The translations under genes were made by a program, and so were the position numbers. From positions 32,001 to 96,000 of the forward strand of contig JBDRCO010000087.1 of the NCBI GenBank assembly GCA_043821645.1: a stretch of 64,000 bases of DNA, written 5' to 3'. Shown here in pieces: positions 58,575-64,000 of the stretch; position 1 is the stretch's first letter; every line of letters begins with the position of its first letter. The stretch is from Pseudomonadota bacterium. Lineage in GTDB: Bacteria; Myxococcota; JACRCW01; JAFGSX01. The notes under the pieces were generated by a model. It did no database searches and was not told where the DNA came from. It worked only from the letters and a program-made list of their open reading frames with translations.

Positions 58575-60953
58575 ATGAACGCGTGGCAAAGCCAGGTGGA
58601 GCGTGGCCCCAGGCTGCAGTGGAGTGGTACCCGGGACGGCATCCTGCTGTGCGTGGTCGCGGGCCTCCTGCTGCTGAGTGCATGCCCCGACCCCGCCGCT
58701 CCGTGCACGCGAACATCGGACTGTCAGGACGATGCGATCTGCGTCGAGGCTCAGTGTCGTCGTGTCTGCAACGCCAGCGAGGACTGCGACGCGGATCAGC
58801 GCTGTGTGCAGGGTGCCTGCATGCCCGTCGCGGTTGCTGCCGACGCAAGCACTCCGCGCGATGCCGCCGCGAGTGACGCACGGCCGGGCGATGGGTCGGG
58901 GAGTGACAGGACCCTCTCCGACGTCGTCGGTGCCGATCGGACCATCCCGGATGCTGCCCGCGACGCGGCGAGATCGGACAGCGGCCGTGATGCCAGTCTG
59001 CGGGTGGATGCCGCGGCCGCAGACCTCCTTTCGATGGTCGATGGCGCCATGGCGGACGGGGCTGTTTCCGATCTCGGATCGACGCTGGTCGACAGTGCCG
59101 CAGCCTACGACGGCAAGAACGACGACGGCACGGCGACCTCCCTGGACGTGCCGATCCCGAGTGACGCGGCGACCGACGCCTCCGCGGCCACCGACGCGAC
59201 GTCACCGGATGTGACGGTATCGCTCTGTGGCAACTGGCAGATCGATAGCGATGAGGGCTGCGACGACGGCGATCGCTATGACAGCGACGGGTGCTCCTCG
59301 CTGTGCCAGGTCGAAACCGGCTGGCACTGTGGTGGCGAGCCCTCGCGGTGCTGCCCCGACGGCTACCAGGACAACGACCTCGATGGCTCCTGTGAGCCCA
59401 CCTGCGCGACGGCCGGCCTCGCCGGCTGCAGCGGCCACGGCACCTGCAGCGACCTCGGTGGAACCGCCATCTGTAGCTGTGCGCACTTCTTCGAGGGGAC
59501 GAGCTGTGATGCGTGCGTGGTCCGCGTCAAGCTGGGGCGCACGGGAGACGGCAGCAGCTGGGACCTGGCGCTGCCGTCGGTGCAGGCTGGCGTCGACAAG
59601 GCGTCGACCTTGGCGGGAGTCCCCTCGATCTGCCAGGTGAGGGTCGCCACCGGCACCTTTCAGGTGCTCCAGCCCATCGTCATGTCGGCAGGGCTGGCAG
59701 TCATTGGCGGCTACGCAGGCGAGGGCGCGACCCCCGACCTCCAGGACTCCGAGGCCACGCCCTCGGTGCTGGATGGCATGGGGCAAGTTCGCCACATCAT
59801 CGAGGCCAAGAGCAACAATCTGTTCATGGGTTTGACGCTGCGCAAAGGTCGCGCGTCTCAATCGTCGGGTCCGAATTCGCAAGGTGCGGGTCTGTACCTG
59901 GCTCCCGGGGCTCAGTCCGTGATCATCCAGCGCTGCATCTTCGTCGACAACGAGGCGCGCAGCTGGGGGGGGGCCTTGTCTCTCGAATCCGCCGACGCCA
60001 AAGTGGTGGACAGCGTGTTCGTCGCCAACTTCACCACGCGTTCGGAGGAGACCTACGGAGGCGGCGCCATCAATGTTTTTCAGTCGACGCTGCTGCTGCA
60101 GGACAGCGTGGTGACGGGCAACACCAGCGCCGGCGCGGGTGGTGCGCTGCGCGCTGAGGACAGCACGGTGGTGATCGAGCGCTGCGTGCTGGCAGGTAAC
60201 AGCGCGGGCTTCACCGGCGGTGCCCTGCGTGTCCAGGGCACGTCGAGCGTCCTCACCTTGATAGGCAGTGTGCTCGTCGGCAACCTGGCCAGTGGACCCG
60301 GAGCGTTGGCCGGCAACGGCGGCGGACTTCGCTTGTTCGAGGGCCGGGCCACAATCTCGGGCTGCACGCTTGTCCACAACCAGGCCTATGGGGAAGCGGG
60401 TCTGTCCTTCGGAACGCCGGCCACGGCCATGCAGGTTCGCAACTGCGTGGCCTGGGCCAATGTGCCGCCGGTCGAGCAGGTCGATTCGATTGGCCCGGAT
60501 GTCGCCTTCAGCAATGTCGAGAACTGGACCTCCGGTGGCGCCGGGATGAAGAGCGAGGACCCGCAGTTTGGTATTCCTCTCGTCGGGACCTGGACCGCGG
60601 ACGCGGTGACCGATCTGGATCGCGCTCGAAGCCTGCTCACCGATGGTGGCGCGTCGTGGATTCCGGGCCGGCTGGCGGGCCGCCTGGTGCGGGTCAACAC
60701 CTCCAGCGGTATCGCCGAGTACCTCGTCGTGGATAACTCCGCCACCGAGTTGCTGGTCCAGGGTGTGCTCCAGGGGGTCCCCCTGCACGGCAAGGACTAC
60801 GCGATCTCCGACTACCGGCCGCAGTCGACATCGCCCTGCATCGATTCCGCCGACACCCTTTTCCTGGAGCCGGACCTGCTGGGCCACGCGCGGGTGTGTC
60901 CGGACGGCCTGCCTGGCTGCCCGGACATGGGGTGCTACGAGTTCACACCCTGA
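58575..60953 (+). CDS. Lipoprotein with myxococcal Cys-rich repeat, EGF-like domain and right-handed beta-helix (Pmp-like GGA(I/L), FxxN)
   Basis: LLSAC lipobox; CGNWQID..EGCDDG....DGCSS.C.VE.GW.C; CSGHGTC...C.C...F.G..C; FVDN..WGGAL, YGGGAI, GGALR; SPCID...PDMGCYE end. Confidence 0.82.
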   Translation: MNAWQSQVERGPRLQWSGTRDGILLCVVAGLLLLSACPDPAAPCTRTSDCQDDAICVEAQCRRVCNASEDCDADQRCVQGACMPVAVAADASTPRDAAASDARPGDGSGSDRTLSDVVGADRTIPDAARDAARSDSGRDASLRVDAAAADLLSMVDGAMADGAVSDLGSTLVDSAAAYDGKNDDGTATSLDVPIPSDAATDASAATDATSPDVTVSLCGNWQIDSDEGCDDGDRYDSDGCSSLCQVETGWHCGGEPSRCCPDGYQDNDLDGSCEPTCATAGLAGCSGHGTCSDLGGTAICSCAHFFEGTSCDACVVRVKLGRTGDGSSWDLALPSVQAGVDKASTLAGVPSICQVRVATGTFQVLQPIVMSAGLAVIGGYAGEGATPDLQDSEATPSVLDGMGQVRHIIEAKSNNLFMGLTLRKGRASQSSGPNSQGAGLYLAPGAQSVIIQRCIFVDNEARSWGGALSLESADAKVVDSVFVANFTTRSEETYGGGAINVFQSTLLLQDSVVTGNTSAGAGGALRAEDSTVVIERCVLAGNSAGFTGGALRVQGTSSVLTLIGSVLVGNLASGPGALAGNGGGLRLFEGRATISGCTLVHNQAYGEAGLSFGTPATAMQVRNCVAWANVPPVEQVDSIGPDVAFSNVENWTSGGAGMKSEDPQFGIPLVGTWTADAVTDLDRARSLLTDGGASWIPGRLAGRLVRVNTSSGIAEYLVVDNSATELLVQGVLQGVPLHGKDYAISDYRPQSTSPCIDSADTLFLEPDLLGHARVCPDGLPGCPDMGCYEFTP

Positions 60954-60980
60954 GCGCAGACCGCCGGCGCAGGTTCTGTA

Positions 60981-61793
60981 TCAGGCGGGTACCGATGCAG
61001 CCTGCGCGGCCAGATGGCGCTCGCGGGCGATGAGGGCTGCACCCAGGGCACCCACGGTGTCAGGTTCGGGTGGTACACGCACCTCGCAGCCGAGCACGTG
61101 GCTCAGGGCGCGCACGACACCACCGTTGCGGGCCACGCCTCCGCTCATGGCGACGGGGAGGCCGGCAAGGTTCGCCGCGACACGCCGCACCAGGGCCTGG
61201 GTGCGCGCTGCGATGGCGCGGTGCAGACCCGCCGCGATCTCGCGCACCTCAACGCCGTCGGCGATGAGCGACACCACCTCGCTCTCGGCGAACACGGTGC
61301 AGGTACTGCTGATGCGCAGGTCTCCGCGAGCCCCCTGATCGAGCGTCGCCAGATCCTCAAGGTCCAGCTCGAGGGCTCGTGCCATGGCCTCGAGAAAGCG
61401 CCCGGTGCCGGCCGCGCACTTGTCGTTCATGGCGAACTCGAGCACCTTGCCGCCGGGCCCCAGCAGGATGGCCTTCGAGTCCTGACCGCCGATGTCGACC
61501 AGCACACGGGTATCCGGCAGCAGCGCCGCGACCCCGCGGGCATGGCAGGTGATCTCGGTGACCGCGGCCAGCTTGTCGTCCACGCGATTGCGGCCGTAAC
61601 CCGTCGCCACCAGCGCCGCAACGGCGTCCTCGCCAATACCCGCCTGTTGCAGTACTTCGGCCCGGGCCCGGGCCAGGGCTTCGCGGTTGCGCGCTCCGGT
61701 GGGGATCACGCTGCGTCCGCAGACCTGGCCCGCGTCGTCGATGATCACCGCGTCGCAGCTCAGGCTGCCGATGTCCACGCCCAGAAAGTACAC
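60981..61793 (-). CDS. 2-hydroxyacyl-CoA dehydratase activator (HgdC / BadFG-type ATPase)
   Basis: LGVDIGS, ATGYGR, EITCHARG, DIGGQDSK, MNDKCAAGTGRFL, CTVFAESEVVSL, SGGVARN; AGGAGG RBS before GTG 61793. Confidence 0.93.
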   Translation of the reverse strand: MYFLGVDIGSLSCDAVIIDDAGQVCGRSVIPTGARNREALARARAEVLQQAGIGEDAVAALVATGYGRNRVDDKLAAVTEITCHARGVAALLPDTRVLVDIGGQDSKAILLGPGGKVLEFAMNDKCAAGTGRFLEAMARALELDLEDLATLDQGARGDLRISSTCTVFAESEVVSLIADGVEVREIAAGLHRAIAARTQALVRRVAANLAGLPVAMSGGVARNGGVVRALSHVLGCEVRVPPEPDTVGALGAALIARERHLAAQAASVPA

Positions 61794-61818
61794 GCGGCCT
61801 CCTGCCGTCGCGATCGCC

Positions 61819-63042
61819 TCAGGTCGCGCCACCGCCCAGGGTCTCGAGGAAAGCCTCGATGCGCGTGCGCAGCGGGCCCGCGGCAAAGTTGCGGTCGTCG
61901 ACGCAGTCCACTTCGAGGTTGAGCACGGGCACCCCAACGTCACGCAGGCCCTGGGTCACCAGCCCGCGCGCGCCCGTGCCCTGGCGGCAGCCAAAGTGGC
62001 AGGGGTTGATGGCGCCGTCCACCTGGTAGCGCTGTGCCAGATCCTGCAGGTGCGCAATGCGGCGCTCGACCCGGCCGTTGAGGGGCAGGGCAATGCAGCG
62101 TCTGGCCAGGCCCTCGAAGGGACGATCGGGATCGATGGCGGGCCAGGTCACGTCGTTGAGCTCGTCGACCACTACCGCGGCTGCGCCCTCGTGCTCGATG
62201 CGCTCGACGAGGTCGTTCTTGAACTGGATGCGGTTCTGCAACCACAGCAGGCGCGCGCTGGCCTCGGGCACCCCGGCTTCACCGCGCTCCACCCGCGCAG
62301 CCAGCTCGTCGCGAAAAGCCTGGACCACGGCGATGCCCTCGTCGGTACCGAACAGCAGCGAGGTCACGATGCCGAAGTTCTTGAGGTCCTCGCCGCGCAC
62401 CGGCGACGGTTTGCGCGCGGCCAGGGCATACACCTCGAGAAGCAGCTCGCGCATGGTGTTGCCGCGGAGGATCACCTGGCGCAGCACAGCCTCGTCGAGC
62501 TCGCGGCCGGTCACCCGGGTCACGTGCGTGGCCAGGGTGCGGAGCTGTTCGGTCACGAAGCGCACGCTGGCCGGATCCTCGTCGAGCGGGATGTGCAGCA
62601 CGAAGAGTTCGCGGTCGAACTGCCGCGCCAGCACTTCCAGGGTCGCCACGCCGCTGGAGCAGGGACTGGTGGTGGCCACCAGCAGATCGGGAGCAGGCAT
62701 GGTGCCCTGGCGCAGCGCACCCTGCACAGCGCGATGATAACCGCAGGCATCCGGGGTGAAGCCCGCAGCGCCGGCGACGTCGAGCAAGGGGCCGACGCCA
62801 CCGGTGGCCGAGAGCATGGCACCCACGAACTCGACGAAGCAGGAGGTCACACCAAAGGCGCTGAGCAGGTCAAAGGGCGCCAGCACTCCGCACCAGGCCA
62901 CAGGTTCACGACCTTGGTACAGTCGCTGGCCCAGCCGGGCCATGGCCAGGGCCAGCAGGCGGCGATGGCGTGGTCGATGGGGCTCGCGGGCGAGCTTGGC
63001 TTCGAGTCCCGCCACCATGGCGTCGAAGTAGGCGTTCATCAT
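61819..63042 (-). CDS. 2-hydroxyacyl-CoA dehydratase subunit (HgdA/B, FldB/C family)
   Basis: GF..DACGY, PDLLVATTSPC, VDGAI..CHFGCRQ, PVLNLEVD.VD, LRTRIEAFLE. Confidence 0.88.
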   Translation of the reverse strand: MMNAYFDAMVAGLEAKLAREPHRPRHRRLLALAMARLGQRLYQGREPVAWCGVLAPFDLLSAFGVTSCFVEFVGAMLSATGGVGPLLDVAGAAGFTPDACGYHRAVQGALRQGTMPAPDLLVATTSPCSSGVATLEVLARQFDRELFVLHIPLDEDPASVRFVTEQLRTLATHVTRVTGRELDEAVLRQVILRGNTMRELLLEVYALAARKPSPVRGEDLKNFGIVTSLLFGTDEGIAVVQAFRDELAARVERGEAGVPEASARLLWLQNRIQFKNDLVERIEHEGAAAVVVDELNDVTWPAIDPDRPFEGLARRCIALPLNGRVERRIAHLQDLAQRYQVDGAINPCHFGCRQGTGARGLVTQGLRDVGVPVLNLEVDCVDDRNFAAGPLRTRIEAFLETLGGGAT

Positions 63043-64000
63043 GCGACGTCCCCCAGCATCTCGACGAAGGCCTCGATGCGCGTGCGCTGCTGACCCAGGG
63101 TGCGCTGGGTGCAGTCCCCCTCGAGCACCAGCAGGGGGAGGCCCGCCTCGCGAAAGGCGTCGCGCACCGTGGGCATGCGCGCCAGGTAGGGATCGCAGAA
63201 CTTGAGGCTGTGGGCGATGGCACCGCGAGCCCCGGCTGTGCGCGCCCGCTCGACGAGAATCTGCCCCAGCCGTCCGGGTGGCGAGGTCACGGTGCGCGCG
63301 CAGGGCGGTCGCTGCAGCCAGGCTCTCGCCAGCGCATTCAGGACATCCCCGTCGTCACCAGGCGCGGGCGGCAGCGCCGAGAACAGCCGCGAGCCCGTGC
63401 ACAGGTCGTCATCCACCACCCGCGCGCCGCAGGCCGCGAGCAGCTCCATGGCTTCGGGGTCTGACATCACATTGCCGAAGAGCAGCACCGGCACGCCCGG
63501 GATCGCGGTGCCGGGTGTGACGGCGGCGGCCTCGAGTTCCGGCAGCACGTGGTCCCAGTCCTCGGTGCTGGCGCGGTTGTGCCAGCGCTGCGCCTCGGTG
63601 CCGGCACCTTGCCTGAGCCGGGCCAGGGCCTCGGCCACGCGCTGATACCGCTGCCACGAGCGGCGCAGGTCCACATCGCCGACAGGCTGCCCACCCCAGG
63701 ATGGCAACAGCGCCGCCAGGCGGGTGAGCTCCGAGGCGAAGAAGTTCGTCGACGTCTCGCGGACCTCGGCCGGCAGGTCGAGCAGCAGCGACGGCACTTC
63801 GGGGCGCGCCCGTGGCCAGGCGTCGGCCAGGCGCCGCATGGCATCGCAGCTGTTCATGAACACCACGCCCGCGAGCTCGGGGAGATCGCCGGCCCGCGCG
63901 CGGTCGAGCACGCGCTTGACGTGCGCGCACAGGTTGTCGTGCAGCAGTTCACCCGCGACCTCGTCGCAGTCGCTCTCGGGCAGGATGCGGTAGGGCGCAA
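63039..64000 (-). CDS. 2-hydroxyacyl-CoA dehydratase subunit, 5' end beyond the window
   Basis: Frame open to the edge (..PYRILP..LLHDNLCAHVK..); NSCDAMRRL, VVDDDLCTGSR, LKFCDP, LEGD, QQRTRIEAFVE. Confidence 0.88.
   Translation of the reverse strand, partial: APYRILPESDCDEVAGELLHDNLCAHVKRVLDRARAGDLPELAGVVFMNSCDAMRRLADAWPRARPEVPSLLLDLPAEVRETSTNFFASELTRLAALLPSWGGQPVGDVDLRRSWQRYQRVAEALARLRQGAGTEAQRWHNRASTEDWDHVLPELEAAAVTPGTAIPGVPVLLFGNVMSDPEAMELLAACGARVVDDDLCTGSRLFSALPPAPGDDGDVLNALARAWLQRPPCARTVTSPPGRLGQILVERARTAGARGAIAHSLKFCDPYLARMPTVRDAFREAGLPLLVLEGDCTQRTLGQQRTRIEAFVEMLGDVA

Overview
High-GC (roughly 70% by eye) bacterial chromosome segment that most resembles a Myxococcota / deltaproteobacterial genome, inferred from many Cys-rich lipoproteins with 'DAG/DAA/DAS' linkers, a MYXO-CTERM-like tail, a myxococcal Cys-rich repeat and a GldA/F/G-DUF4340 ABC locus. 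Housekeeping genes (gap, pgi, nadE, rnhA, mltF, lptA/lptB, mgtE, acyl-CoA carboxylase subunits, acpP-fabF-mlaE, a NatAB-like ABC system, a 2-hydroxyacyl-CoA dehydratase/activator cluster) alternate with large exported proteins. The most striking part is a ~17 kb block between gap and pgi. It holds a three-gene operon of giant Cys-rich lipoproteins (1496-15421), the last of which ends in a long helical hairpin with a hydrophobic tip and a C-terminal domain resembling the TcB-binding domain of Tc-toxin A subunits, with no TcB/TcC partner in the window; a convergent 17-repeat Cys-rich lipoprotein follows. Other notable points: an NrtR-like regulator with two visible TTGGTT-N7-AAYCAA boxes beside a two-radical-SAM operon, five probable leaderless genes, a 53-aa histone-H1-like protein with its own promoter and terminator, and two +1 homopolymer frameshifts (probably assembly errors). 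No rRNA, tRNA, CRISPR array or IS element was recognised. All family assignments come from motif recognition by eye, not database searches.
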